Assembly (NCBI GenBank): GCA_001179505.1
Contig: CDMY01001000.1
Location: 163,605-227,604 of the forward strand
Source of the DNA: Vitrella brassicaformis CCMP3155
Lineage: Eukaryota > Protista > Chromerida
Length of the DNA: 64,000 nt
Direction: 5' to 3'
In this document: piece after piece, positions 1 through 13,076 of the stretch
Numbering within the stretch: the first letter of the stretch is position 1
Layout: each line of letters opens with the position of its first letter
Notes under the pieces: model-generated
The model's database searches: none
Seen by the model: the letters and a program-made list of their open reading frames with translations, nothing else
Told to the model about the DNA's origin: nothing
Translations under genes and position numbers: made by a program

Positions 1-1578
1 AATTCCTCATCACCGAACGGTACGCACCCCCCCCACACACACATGTCCCTCCATCCCTCCGTTGTTTGTGCAGATCGTACCTCGATCCGAGTGACATGCT
101 CAAGACGCTTCCCGTGTTTTACGCCATCGGGCGGCAACAGGACGCCACTGAGGCCGGCAGATACATATTCGAGGCTCTTGGCGGACACGCAAAGGTACCG
201 TTCTCCCCTTTCAGAGGCGTGTTTGGTGGTCGGGTGGTCACCAAGACAAAGTGCAAGGAGTGCGGCAGGATCAGCGAGAGGCCTGAGAAGATATATGACC
301 TCGGACTAGCCGTCCCAACCGAAAAGGCATACAAGAAAATGTCGGAGAAAGGTGATCAGTACACACACACACACACACACACAGATGTACAGCGCAGTCT
401 CCTGTCTCTCTGTCTCTCTGTCTCTCTGTCTCTCTGTTTGTGCGTCTGTGTGGCTGTATTTGTGTGACAAACAGGTCGCAAGCGTCTGTCGGTGCAGAAG
501 TTGTTGGAGGACTGCATGAGAGTGGAGGAAATGAGTGGCAACAACGCCTATGCGTGCAGCAAGTGCCTCAAGAAGCAGCCGGCCACCAAGTGGCTGGAGA
601 TTCTCCACCCGCCCAAACACCTCTTCCTCTGCCTCAACCGCTTTGCCTGGGACAGGACCGACGGCCGCTCGAAGAAGCAGAAGACACCCGTCTTCATCGA
701 CAAGACACTTGTCCTTAATGACGGATTCCTCTACGACCTGTACGCCACCATCATCCACACGGTAAGTGACTGGACACACACAAACACACAGACAGAGTGA
801 GTGCATCGTGTGTGTGATTGTCTGTCTACAGGGGCCGACCTCCACCTCAGGCCACTACTACACGATTGGCCGCCGGTCGGAGGGCAGCGCACAGCGCCAC
901 AACGAGTGGTACTGCTTCGACGACTCGCGAGTCACGCCCGTCCCTCACACCGTCATCGACAAGATCGCTTCGTCCACTGAGAAAGACGACAGGCCATATG
1001 TACTCTTCTACAGGTACGCACACTGCGAAAACACACAGAATGCACCATGGATGGATGTGACGTGACCGGCGCACTGTGCAGATGCCGAACGGCGTCCGTG
1101 TCTCCCGTGCCTGCAATTCCTCGGGGCCTCTACGACAAGGCAAGGGCCAAGGAGGAGGCAGCAATCAAGGAGATGACCGAGGCCGGCCGGCAGCAGCATG
1201 AGAAGGAGAAGCACGACAGGACTGAGGAGGCCAAGAAGGTAAGAGACGCCTTCTGCATCCATGTCGTCTGCGGATGACTGTGTGTGCTTGTGATCTGCAG
1301 CTCCGCCTCTCGCAAGAACAAGCGAGCGACGCCGAGCCTTCTCAAAGCCTCGACAACCCCCACGACATCGAAGACCGCGTGTACGAAGCCGCCATCCGAC
1401 AGGCCATGCGGCGGGAGGCCATGCGGCGAGCGGACGTACCGCATGAGGGGCCGCTGAAGGGCTCGGTGGACTTTACCATCAACTACATGACAAGGGTGAC
1501 TGAGTGGCTGGAGGATGAAGGCATGCATGGTCATCTCTCTCCTTTCTGCGTTCGTGTGTTTGTGTGTTTGTGTATTTC

Positions 1579-1609
<31 letters not shown>

Positions 1610-2129
1610 GCGTTGGATACCCTCCAGCCGGGGCAGAATTTGTATATTGTGGGGTCCATCGAGGAACTTGGGGAGTGGGACCCGGCCCGGGCCGCCCCAA
1701 TGAGGTGGACCCCGGGCCACAACTGGACGTGCTGCCTCGACCTCCCGCAAGGGCGTAAGAGACACAGAAGACCACAGGAAGAGAGAGAGAGAGAGAGAGA
1801 TGTCTCCTCCTGTGCCGCGCCTGTCCATGTTCGTGTATGTGTGTGTGTTTTTTTCCATTTGTGTGTCTGTGCCGTCGATCCAGCCATTGAATACAAGTTT
1901 CTCGTCAAGGAGGGGGACGGGGTGGAGTGGGAGTTTGGGGGGAACCACAAGGTGGGCAGACAAGAGCAAGACGGACCACACACACACATACACAGACACA
2001 TGGAGATTGAGACACGACCTCTTTCGTTGGTGTGTCTTCTTTGGTTGGTGAATGCAATGACTGCAGCTGGATGTCTTGGAGGAGGAAGACACAGAGCTGT
2101 TGGATTGGTGGGGGCAGGGCGGGGGCTGA
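1..2129 (+). CDS. Ubiquitin-specific protease (USP/C19), C-terminal part, fused to a CBM20 starch-binding domain; 5' end lies outside the window
   Basis: Spliced exons give QQDATE, CKECG...PEKIYDLGL, YACSKC, LNRF, His box GPTSTSGHYYT, WYCFDDSRV and YVLFYR. In-frame exons (1301-1495, 1628-1754, 1884-1951) then give VDFTINYMTR-PGQNLYIVGSIEELGEWDPARAAPMRWTPGHNWTCCLDLPQGPIEYKFLVKEGDGVEWEFGGNHK, a CBM20 pattern. The 3' end is uncertain (2129 or about 2523). Confidence 0.88.
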
Positions 2130-3411
2130 GGGAGGAGAGGGGAGGGGAGGGGAGGGGGAGAGGGAGAGGGAGGAGGGCCCCTTCTCGACGCCGTCCGAGG
2201 TCGACCTGACGCTGCTGCCAGCCCGACATCGCGGCACCGGCATACGTGACCCTCTCAACCGAGCCGCGGCCGCATACCCCGCTTCCCACGCGAGCACCAA
2301 GGTGGTCTCCAAGTCCGTCCAAGGCAAGGCTCCGTTCCACCCTCACTCATCCGCCACCCCCTCACCCAGAACAACCAGCAGCAGGACTCCGCCTACAAGC
2401 CAAGAGAGAAGCCGCCCTGCCGCACATCGACCGCCGGCGCCATCGCGTCCTCTCCCGCAGCGCCGCATACAAGACGTCCGGCTGGCTGGCCATCTCTCTC
2501 TCTCTGCTTGTCTTCCTCGCTGACTGACTGACTGACTTTGTGCTTTTCTGTCTTTCTTTGCCTTGTGTTGTCAAGTTAGTGGCTGGCTATAGCTATTCGG
2601 TCTGTGTCTGTCGAGTGGATGCAGCCAGCGTTACACGACTGTTCGGCTGCTCTATGTCTGCCCCCATCTCTCTTGATCTCTCTCTCTGGCTGCCCGATAC
2701 TGTGTGTCTGTCTGTCTGTCTGTCTGTCAGAGTGTGTGTCTATCTGTGTGTGGTCTGTCTTGCCGCGTGGGAGTGTGTGCGTTGCGGTGAATGAATTCCG
2801 ACTGGCTGACTGGCTGGCTTGTGGAAACAAAAGCACTTATCAATACCTCTCTCCCACTCCCCTCGCCTCCCCAAGTCGGCTCAGCCGATTCAGACACTCA
2901 GAGAAAGGTCTTCTGCTGAAAAAGCGTCCCCATTTATCACACACATACACACAAACGTCATACTGACACACAAGGAGGCGCCAAACGACCACAGAATCGA
3001 CACAGGAAGGTTGTCTGCAGTGATGCAGTGATTCACTGAATGTAATGCATTTGTACATCATTGATTGATTGATTCATTGCTTGACTGACAAGCACACACT
3101 CGTGTGACTCGACTGGCGCCACGTCACTGCAGAATGGCAAGGTGATCTCTTCGTTTCATGCAGCCGGCCGATCAAATCCCATTGCAAACTGACTATCGTG
3201 ACACTCATGTGAGAACACAAAACAGTAGCAGTGTGACCATATAGTCACTATGTCCTTCTAACTCGTAAATTCCCTTCCTGTCCGACTCGGCTCTGGGTTG
3301 GTCTCTCGTCCATTTTGAAGAGAGATCTCGGAATCAGTTCTCGCCGCTTTCCAGTCCTCACATATTTCCTGCGTTTTCGCCGCCCATCCCACCACCCACA
3401 CCCACAGCACC

Positions 3412-4554
3412 ATGGTGCCGATAGCCGTAGTTTTGGCGCTTTTGGTGGGCCTTTGCGGGACCGTCCAGACGGCCAGTGACCAACCACAGACGGGCGGATG
3501 CATCGGTAGGCGCAGAAAAGCCCTTCACGTCGATGCACGTGTTAATCTGGTGCATTCCTGATCTTTGGTGCGAATGGACGTGTTTGTGTGTTTGTGTGCA
3601 GGGCGGGACGCATCGTGCCCGCTCTCTGAGGGGAAAAGCGCCTTCATCGAGAAACATGGTGGGCCAGATCTCCCAAAACAGCCATTGAAGGGTGGGTGGG
3701 TGGATGGATGGATGGATGTGTGTGTGTGTGATGGCTGTGATGGCTGCAGGTGGGTCTGTGTCGGCCGCCTCCCTGCAGACGGCACTTGGCGAGGCCAAGC
3801 GCATCGCCCAGGCCGCACACACGGTGAGCGGCAAGGCCCTCACGGCCGGCGACAAGGCCCTCACGGCGAGCGGCAAGGCCGTCACGGCACTCGATGCACT
3901 AACTACGACCATACTCAAGCAGACAGGACGCCCCGACACAGGTAGGTACACAAATGACACACGGGCGGTCGGGCGGGTACGATGGATGGATGGATGAATG
4001 GATCTCCTGCCTGCCTGCAGCGTCCGCCTCCCTGCAGGGGGGGCGGATCGGTGCGATGTGCGGTGTGGTCTTCAAGCCAGAGATGAAGTCCCATGAAACC
4101 TTGCTACACGACCAACAAGGGTATTATTTCACAGCGATGTCTACGCCATGCATGGCCTGAAGTACGCCTTCTTCTTCGACGTCGGCGGCGGGCCCGGCGG
4201 GCACCTCGCCAGCTGCAGCAAGAATGAAGGGTGTGTGATCGACGAAGTGGAGTTCGAGAACATCCGTGGTTCGGGGCACCCAGCTAATTCTCACGGCCTG
4301 GTGCGTGGGGGCCCATCAGTGTTGGTTGACAAGTTGCGTGCAAGTCTGTCTCTGTGTGTGTGTGTGTGCAGGGGACCTGCCAGGCCACGTGTGGGGACGG
4401 CCAGGTCTATAACTTGGAATTTGGCGGGGGAAAATTCTGCATTCGTCCCGGCACTGTCAGTACCCACGCACCCACACCCACACCCACACACGCACACACA
4501 CAGTTTGTATTGCAGACACTGCAAGCGACCGATCCCCGTTGATGCGTTCCGACC

Positions 4555-4593
<39 letters not shown>

Positions 4594-4749
4594 TGTGTGT
4601 AGATGATTATGCACGTCAATGCAGACGACAAGAGGATCTTCACGGACAAACCTGCCGAGCCCCTGGCTGTCAGCTACGGCTTTCACATGGCTAAGGGCGA
4701 GAAATACATGTACGACATCATATTCCCCGGCCACCAAAGTACCGACTGA
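3412..4749 (+). CDS. Multi-exon putative secreted protein of unknown function
   Basis: Signal-like start MVPIAVVLALLVGLCGTVQTA, GT-AG bounded exons, a 7-aa repeat (SGKALTA/GDKALTA/SGKAVTA) and Cys-containing exons. Probable last exon is MIMHVNADDK...GHQSTD*. Confidence 0.55.
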
Positions 4750-5475
4750 CGGACGCCCACAGATCCCCGCCGGCCATCCCCCCTTGTTTGCACGCCTCTC
4801 CCTTCTATTCTCTCTGTCTGTCTGTGTGTCTGTCTGTCTGTCGATCAGTGTACCAGTAGCACGCGCCACGGCTGAGAAGAACCAGCCAAGGACTGCAACA
4901 CACCACACACCACACTGGCCACCGGATAGCCAAGGGGGTGAGCTCGTCTCTCTGTGTCCGTCCGGCCACTTCTCGCTCTCTTCCTTTCACAGCCTGACTT
5001 ACTGACTTTGTGTTTTCTTTGTCCCTTTCCCTTTGTGAGTCTGCATGTGGTTTAAGGTTAGTGACCTCCTTCCTGCTTTCGAGGAGCTTGGCTGTCTGTG
5101 TGAGTGGGGGTGCTTTGAAGGCACACACACACACACGCACACGCATGGCCGGGGGGGCGAGTTCGTCACCAAAGGACCTGACAGCCCGACACACACAGCG
5201 GACTGCGTGGCATTCAACGAGCCCACGCGTGCACCACCAGCCATTAGGCTTCAATTAAGCACGGCAGCTGCCTCTCGACGCCCTTGCAATGGGAAAAAGC
5301 CTCCAAAGCGAAAGCATTAGGGCTTGGGGTGGAGGGTTTGCGAGCTTAGAGGTGCAGTGGCTCCGCGCTGCTCTCTGCAACCGGCTGATCTCCCCTTGTG
5401 TAAGCCTCTTTGAACACTCTGCAGCACCTACACACCGCTCCGCTTCTCAATTCAAGTGATGCCGCGCTGTTTGTG

Positions 5476-6195
5476 ATGGCGGTATGGTCGTCTGCCGTCG
5501 CCGCCCGTGTGGCGTCTGTCGGTCTCCTGACCCTGGTGCTGCTGGTGCTGGGCGCCGTGAGCTACTGGGTCGTGCACGCAGCGACCTCCACAGACAGCGC
5601 TGCAACTGAGGACACTGGCAGGGATCGAGGCAAGCACAGGCGCACATCTCTGGATGCGTTGTGTCCATCGTGTTTTGAGTGTGTTGTCAGGTGGGCGTGC
5701 TCTTCTTCGTCGTGTGTCTGCGTCTGCTGCCGTGGTCAATGTCAGGGAAGATGGCACAGGTAGGTGGGCAGGCACACAGTCAGAGAAAGAGGGCAGGGCA
5801 GCAGCGGCACTCACTCATCCACTCGCTGTCCGCGCCTGTATCTGTATCTGTATTCGTCAGGTGCTGACACTCCAGTGCGTCGTTTGCAGAAGAGCCCGGG
5901 TGTGCAGATTACTCGGATAGCCAGAAGCAAAAGGTGAGGAGTACAATGGAGGGAGGGCAGAAGTGTGCACTTCAAGCTTCTTATGCGTGTGTTGGCACAC
6001 CCGCAGTGGTCCTGTGTGCCGCCACACACACAGGCAGCAAAGCATCCCTCTCATCTGTCGTGCGCGTGTCTGTGTGTCAGGTTGTGCCCCGTCTTCTCTC
6101 GGCGTGTGGAGCTGTATCGTCGACACACCCACACACCCGGCACAACCATAGATGAAGGTGCCACTGAGCATGTAGAGGCAGAGGTGGAAGATTGA
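5476..6195 (+). CDS. Small multi-exon putative membrane protein
   Basis: Hydrophobic segments VASVGLLTLVLLVLGAVSYWVV and VGVLFFVVCLRLLPW in GT-AG bounded exons. No family recognised. Confidence 0.35.
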
Positions 6196-8157
6196 GCGCA
6201 GAGATCCATCTCACATGAGTTGATTGGAGTGCACCTTGGCCGTCCATTCATCCATGCGTGATGCCTGTATGTGCGTGTGTGTGTGTGTGAGTGTGTGCGA
6301 CTGAGTGTCTCTTTTTGCGTGTAGTCCGTTCGTCTGCGCAAAGGGGCCGATGGACGGAGGCAGCGTATTCTGTGCTCCGTGTATATGTGTGTGTGTGCTG
6401 GTTTTCGTCTCAAGTCAGGTCACCCAGGTAGTTCGACCTTATGTAGGTTGCGTGATGTGATACCCTCAGCGAGTGTCGGCAGCTCTGTCTGTCGGTGCCG
6501 AAAAATCCACCTGGTTGGATGTTTTGGCTTTTTGTGCGTTGGCAAGGCGACAGAGATGAAGAGAATCAGATAAATGGACAGACTGAGTGAGTGAGTCTAC
6601 ACATGTGCTGTATTCTTTTCCTCTTGTTCCTTTTGTCTGCTGCCGTGTGTGTTGGTTGGCGTGTCGTTTGGTGAAGCGCCGGCACGTCACACACACTGAT
6701 GGGCCGGTGGCTCATTGAGCAACGTGACAAGTGACGGACACGGGGAAGGAGAGCGATGGCGAGATGATGCATGAGCCGTGTTTGGTCCACACGCTTTGGC
6801 GCGGTGTTTGCTGTCTGCTTTGGTCGTACGTCGCCTTCTGCTGCTTGTACACCGAGGGGCATCCCTTCTCGATGAGCGACCGGCAGACACCGATGTGCGA
6901 CCAAAGCAGACAGACAGCAGTGAGTCTGCTGACATGTGGTTGTTCGTCTGCGCGCGGTGGGTGCCATGGGTCACCGACAAAAACAGTGTATGATTAAACG
7001 ACGGTGTAAGTAACTACATTCACGGTAATCATTCTGTTCAGTCGGCCTCCACACAGACATGCAGCTATGTAGAACATATAGAGGCAGACACATGCAGGGG
7101 GTGAGGGATATGATCGATGAGAAGCCCCTCCCCTCCCCTCTCAAACCGCCACGACAGGACGACAGGCCGACCCACACCGATACAAAAGCCACGCACAGCG
7201 CACAGACTCGTCCACTCAGAGCGCGACACACGCACACAAACATTAACGACATGCGATAGCTCCTTAGCTCAGCACCCGAGGCACAAAGTCAGACAGTGTC
7301 AACGAGGGACGAGCCCCAACTGGAGGCCGCCAGACAGACACCCACTGGATGAGAGTCATGACGATGGCATTAAGCCATCGGTGTCATGCCAGGAGTGAAA
7401 CCGTCGTCATGGCAGCTCAACAAAAAATCGTCAGCAGGGCGTGGGAGAGACATGAAGTCTCTCTCGACCAGCAGCACGGCCCACAGGCAGCAGCACCAGC
7501 ACACTCACGGCAGACAGAAAGGGCCACGGGCGGCAGACAGACACACACGCGACAAAGGCAGCGACAACAGACACACACACACACACAGTGAGAGATAAAC
7601 CATCCCGACAACGGCAGGCACAAAGAGGCCCATCAGTGTGTGTGTGTGTGTCTGTGTGTGTGCTGTCTTCGGCTGCGCAGACGTCCATCAGTCTATTGCA
7701 CAAACACAGCACCCACTCGTGTGTCGCCTCCAGCCAGCGACCAAATGACCGGCCCACCCACAAAAACTTCCGTCCACGAAGGCATCTTTGCGCAGCGATC
7801 ATCAAGGCAGACAGACAGACACGCAAAGTCAGACAGAGAGACAGACACGCAAAGTCAGACAGACATTGAGAGAGAGCAACTCTTCCCTCCTCTGCCGACA
7901 CAGCACGACCAACACCATTCAACACACACACACACAGCGAGAGAGACTGTGAGGCAGCCGCACAGACAAAAGTCACTCGCTCATCCACTCATTGCACACA
8001 GACAGACACACAGACAGACAGACAGCCAACACACACACACACACATCGCTCAACGTCGAGGCACTCAGTCAGACAGTCAACGAGTGAGGAGCCCCCGGCC
8101 ACACACATGAATGAGTGTGGCACACACAGCCGCCCCCCGGTGTGTGTGGACTCTTTC

Positions 8158-8357
8158 CTACTCTATGCTGATCAACCGCAGCTGACGGTAGGGGCACCAA
8201 GAGTCGTCTGGCAGTTTGATTTGTCTGACTTCCCCCTCCCGCATCTCCAGAAACGCCCCACGCTGCCACGCACCCCAATCAGACATACGACCCACCCGCC
8301 CACGGACATCGTATGCTTTGACCCGGCCGTCGAAGTCATCCCGCCACCCAATCCAGT
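8158..8357 (-). pseudogene. 5'-truncated FKBP-like cassette
   Basis: WIGWRDDFDGRVKAYDVRG...MREGEVRQIKLP...YRQLRLISIE*; the N-terminal half is replaced by another repeat. Confidence 0.75.
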
Positions 8358-8498
8358 GTCTGTGTGGCTGAGCACTGAACACTCTCGTGTGTCGCCGCCA
8401 GCCAGCCAACCCGGTAGGATAAAGGCAGAACGGCACACAGACATTCCGAGACGCCCTCCCCTCTCAACGCAGCGCGACAGACATCATGAGAATGAACA

Positions 8499-8534
<36 letters not shown>

Positions 8535-8682
8535 CTGTGGGTGGCCGGCCGAACAACACTCTCACTCCTTTGCTCAAAGCCAGAGCACACAGCCACCAAC
8601 TCAGCCAGGCAGCGAAAAAGGAGCTCTCGGCCACACACACAGCCGTCCCCCCGTGTGTGTGTGTGTGTGTGTGCAGTCTCTC

Positions 8683-8765
8683 CTACTCTATGCTGCTCAA
8701 GCGCAGCTGATTGTAGGGGACAACAAATCCGTCTGGCAGTTTGATTCGCCTCACTTCGCCCTCCC
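8683..8765 (-). pseudogene. C-terminal remnant of an FKBP-like cassette
   Basis: EGEVRRIKLPDGFVVPYNQLRLSSIE* followed by the family 3' flank. Confidence 0.7.
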
Positions 8766-9016
8766 TTCGGCCTGATAAGAATGCGCCCTTCTTTATGTGT
8801 GCCCACACACCCCTGCCCTTGCACACGCTGGACAATTCACGACACATCCACGCATAGAGAGTCATATGGCTGACAAAAATCACAACGCATTTCCTCTTCG
8901 CCACTCAGATCTCAGACACACAGTCAGCCAGACACCGAGTGAAGAGCCCCCGGCCACACGCATGAGTGTGTGACACACACAGCTGCCCACTACTGTGTGT
9001 GTGTGTGCACTCTCTC

Positions 9017-10854
9017 TTACTCTATGCCGATCAACCGCAGCTGACGGTAGGGGGCACCAACGCCTCAGTTTGATTTGCCTGACTTCCCCCTCCCGCATCG
9101 ACAGGATCGCTTCATCCAACCACTCATTCCGAAAATCAGACACACGATACACCAGCCCACGGTTATCGCAGTTTTTTTTCCTGGCCGTCGAATGCATCAT
9201 TCCACCAAATCCAGTCGATCTCGACGGTGTCGTTGTCTGTGGGCACTCTGCCGGTGCCCTCCTGCACCACCTCATATCGATAGCCATACGATGGCGATGT
9301 GCCAGTCCGGCGGCCGACAGTGCTGCGATTGGCCGGCTGCCGCTGTGACGATGAGGAGCCCTCCTGCCGCTGACGGACTGTGGCACCACCACCATTGCCG
9401 CCGCCAGCCGCTGCTGCGCTGCACACAGAGAGCAGACACAACGCCAATCACGAGAGAGAGGTAAGGGCTGCTCACCTCAAGTAGCCTCCCCAGCCAGACG
9501 ATGGCAGTGTGCCGGTCCGAGGCGCCACACTGAGAAGAACGGAACAAAGATGGCCAATTGGTGCATCTGCTGGCCCTGTTGGGCTTTACCTGGCCTGTGG
9601 TGTCGGTGTGTCGGTCTTGGCAATGCCGTACATGGCCGCATTGACGTCAAATGGCGCCTGATCCGTCTCGCTAGCCATCGTCAGCACCGCAGCCATGTCG
9701 GCGGGCGAGGCGCCGAGTCGCTTTCTGCGGTAGTAGTCGACCATGCGGCCGATGTGGTCGGGATCGACCACCTCCACCGCCCGGCTGCTGGACCACCTGA
9801 CGGCACACAAACAGTGAGAAGCACATCAGTGTGTGTCGTTGTGTGTTGGTGTGATGGGCTCACAGGTCAAATCGATTGGCCAGTGCGATGTCGCCCATTT
9901 CGTCCACAGTGGACTGAGTGGTCGAGGTGAGCTGTCCGCACACCTCGACCGACCGAATGGCATCGCCGCCACTCAGAGGCAGCAGAAAGGGCTCGACGGC
10001 CTGACACACACAGCCACAACCATCAGACCAACAGACATTTCCCTCTCTCTCTGCTCATAATCATGTCGTCACCTGAATCTCTTTGTCGAGATTGTCGCGT
10101 CGTGTGTTGGCGGCCCGCAGCTGCCGCTCTAGCCGGGCCTTTTCCTTGGCAAAGGCTTTGACGATGGCCTCCATCGCCTTGAGGGCGGCGGCCGCCTCGG
10201 TGCGGCTGTTAGTCAGCGACCCGGTGGGCACTCCATCGGCGCGTGAAGAATCAGCGGCATCCTTGTCGAGAGGCGTCATCATCAGTTTGACCCAGAAGCC
10301 ATGGCGACCTGCAACAGACACACCACACAGGCAGCCAAAGGAAGAATGACGACACAAGGAGACTGTGTCATCGCCTTCATTGCCCTCACCCTTGTCGCGC
10401 TTGGCCACTTCATCGAGCAGATGGCCGACCGACGCCGCCTTGCCGGCGCTGCGAAGGGTCTCCGCATTGAGGATGGCCTTGTGGACGGCCTTGAAGCCTC
10501 CGGGCAGATGTCGACGAACACCCGCTGGCTGTCGTCTTTGACGAGTCGGCCCTCCCAGCAGCCCCCGAAGAGGGCCGCCAGTAGAGTGCCCTCCACTCCC
10601 TCTCCCTGAGTCACGTGCTGCCGCCTGACGCTCATCAGATGGCCGCCCACATTCAGCAGCAAAGTGTCGTCAGGGGAGGCCGCCGAGGGGTCCGATGCGC
10701 CGTGCTGCTGCCTCTCTCGCTGGGCGTCCTCGTCAGCCTGGCGGATCTGTGTGTGCAGCTGGCTGATGGCGTCACCGATGGCCGTCACGGGCACGTGCAG
10801 CTCATTGAGAATCGCATGGGCGCTGAACCGCCGAGCGGCCAACTCGCCCTCCAT
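9017..10854 (-). pseudogene. BTB/POZ-BTB-FKBP-like gene copy with frameshifts
   Basis: DDTLLLNVGGHLMSVRR...RVFVDICP (KCTD-type BTB). Relative to the paralog at 32298-33949 there is a 1-nt deletion near 10497. The FKBP exon (9418-9017) has an extra base in an A-run near 9175 and a second shift near 9050. Confidence 0.75.
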
Positions 10855-11419
10855 CCACAGGGCAACAGATCTCTCTCAGAGGCAGTGCCTGAACCACACA
10901 GACAGACACAGACAGACAGACAGACCGATGTGAACGGATCTGCGCGTTTTTTGATTGCCATCGGTTCGCTTGTCCCACCTGAGGCTCTCCAAGGCGAAAG
11001 GACGTGCCGTCACCGTCTTCAAGTTGCGAGACTCTTCTTCGCGATCGGATTCTCTGCAGGAATACCGCTATTCGTTGCATCATTTGGCGCTTCGAGGACG
11101 TCCGGTGGGAGTGAGGAGAAGTAAGGGATCGAGGAAAAATTCAGATCATTCATCCCACCTTGTGTGGTCTGCGTGTGTGTCCTTCAAGGCGAGAGGCGGT
11201 CTCTCTGTGCGCGTGTGCGTGTGATGTGTGTGCCCGTGTGTTCGCCAAGCGGATTGGCGGCTCTTGGCAAACTTGAAGGCATCAGGTGAGTCACTCTCCC
11301 GACCCGTGATGGATGTGTTGTGCAGTTCCAAACTATCGGCAACAGATGCAGTTATGCCACGTGTTATGCCAGGCCGCCTGTGGCTTGGAGAAACGACGGC
11401 TTCCTTCTTGCCAGCTTCG

Positions 11420-11648
11420 CACCGAAGAGAGAAGGGAAGAGGGGTGAGCTCAGGGCCGAAGGGCGCGTCGATAGTGAGCTGCGTGGGCTGTTTGACCGAC
11501 ATAGGAAGTCGTTTTGGCAGATCACTCATCGGCCTCAACACAGTAGAGGTGAGCACCGCCGAAATGAAAGAGAAGATCTGATGCGACGCGATGCGTCACT
11601 GTGGATGGGCGGCGGCATGTCATGTGTGTGTGTGGGTGTAGGAGGGCC
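11420..11648 (+). repeat. Shared 5' leader exon and intron of module-FKBP genes (other copies about 34170-34392, 38590-38798, 42030-42250)
   Basis: Near-identical text gtgagctg...ttggcagatcactcatc...cagtagag|gtgagc...agaagatctgatgcga...ag|gagggccATGagtga in four places. Confidence 0.8.
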
Positions 11649-12040
11649 ATGAGTGACCACCGTGGTGTCGGACTGCTGGACGGCCATTTCGTCTATGAGG
11701 ACGGCAGTGACGGCTACGAAATGGACGTCAAGGGGCAGCGGGTGGCCATCAAGCCTTCGTTCCATTCGCACATCAAATTCTGCTTCGAACACCACGACGA
11801 GAGAGCGGCTGAGCCACACACAGGTGTGCTGCAGCCTGCCTTGTTGCCCTTTTGTGTGTCAGGCCATCTGGCGCTTCCAAGCGCCGCCGTCAGGACCAGC
11901 ACAACGGGCCACCACCACCACCAGCAGTAGCAGCGGCAGGCATTCCTGACGGCTTCAGTGTGTCGCCATCTGGTGTGCGATATCGCATCTTCGTTCTCGG
12001 CACCGGCAGGATGCCAACTTTAGCCGACCAGACCATATAC
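11649..12040 (+). pseudogene. Unknown ~50-aa module plus N-terminal half of a divergent FKBP-like domain
   Basis: MSDHRGVGLLDGHFVYEDGSDGYEMDVKGQRVAIKPSFHSHIKFCFEHH, then IPDGFSVSPSGVRYRIFVLGTGRMPTLADQ. The usual splice donor is lost and I could not find the rest of the domain (a gap is nearby). Confidence 0.55.
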
Positions 12041-12333
12041 GTGGGTTTGTGTGTCGTGTGTGTGCGTGAATGCGAGAGCTGCGTGGGAAATGAGAGAGAG
12101 ACAACACGATATCCCTAGCTGCCTTGCTGTTTCGTGTGTGCCCTCGTTTGCTGTTTATGTATGAACATTGATCGCCCTCCGGAGCCAGTGCATTCAGCTG
12201 GGCCGGTCAGCCAGGTCACTCAATCAATCAAGCTAACCACCACGTACGTACGTCCCTTCTGATCTGTGATGTGAGAGGTAGACGGAGAACAGTGTGTGTG
12301 TGCACGTGTGTGGGGGGAAGGGGGGGGGGGGGG

Positions 12334-12633
12334 NNNNNNNNNNNNNNNNNNNNNNNNNNNNNNNNNNNNNNNNNNNNNNNNNNNNNNNNNNNNNNNNNNN
12401 NNNNNNNNNNNNNNNNNNNNNNNNNNNNNNNNNNNNNNNNNNNNNNNNNNNNNNNNNNNNNNNNNNNNNNNNNNNNNNNNNNNNNNNNNNNNNNNNNNNN
12501 NNNNNNNNNNNNNNNNNNNNNNNNNNNNNNNNNNNNNNNNNNNNNNNNNNNNNNNNNNNNNNNNNNNNNNNNNNNNNNNNNNNNNNNNNNNNNNNNNNNN
12601 NNNNNNNNNNNNNNNNNNNNNNNNNNNNNNNNN
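12334..12633. other. Assembly gap (300 N) flanked by poly-G on both sides
   Basis: Visible N run. Confidence 0.99.
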
Positions 12634-13076
12634 GGGGGGGGGGGGGGTGTGCACACATGGATGAGCTCACTGGCATGAATTAGGGCCACTTGTTGTGTTC
12701 ACTGGACTGCTATCACTCGCGATGCGAGCCATCGGTTGGTGATGGGACACCTGAGACACGTTACACACTGAAGTCAACGGAACTACGCGACATGCTCTCT
12801 CTCAAGGCGGTCAATCAGATAGCTGCTCGTCTGTCAGAAATGTCAACTTTCGGCCCTCAAGAGATGGAATAAATCCTGAAAGAGTGCCATGTCCTGGCTG
12901 CATGCGCATGGGGGCAAGACCGGATGTCTTGAAGGTGGCCCCCCGTCTGCATGCAGGACGCGCCCTTCCACGCCGCTGCTATTCACCGCGTCTCTTCATT
13001 CCGTCGCATTCCATCCCAATTGTTCCATCCGAGTCAATGATGGCCCCATTTGAGCGTGACTGATAAGTTGTTCACC

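Noticed and set aside
3425-3440. ccgtag-ttttggc resembling the dinoflagellate spliced leader
   Set aside because: Only a short partial match, and it lies inside signal-peptide coding sequence.
5317-5340. ttagggcttgggg...agggttt considered as an interstitial telomere
   Set aside because: Too short and degenerate to support.
9165-9185. A-run shift in an FKBP copy considered as a programmed frameshift
   Set aside because: The same gene has two other frameshifts and no other copy shares this one; decay or homopolymer error is simpler.
12690-12872. ORF after the first gap considered as the missing half of the 11649 FKBP copy
   Set aside because: It lacks the W..EAL..M.xGE and LxLISIE motifs.
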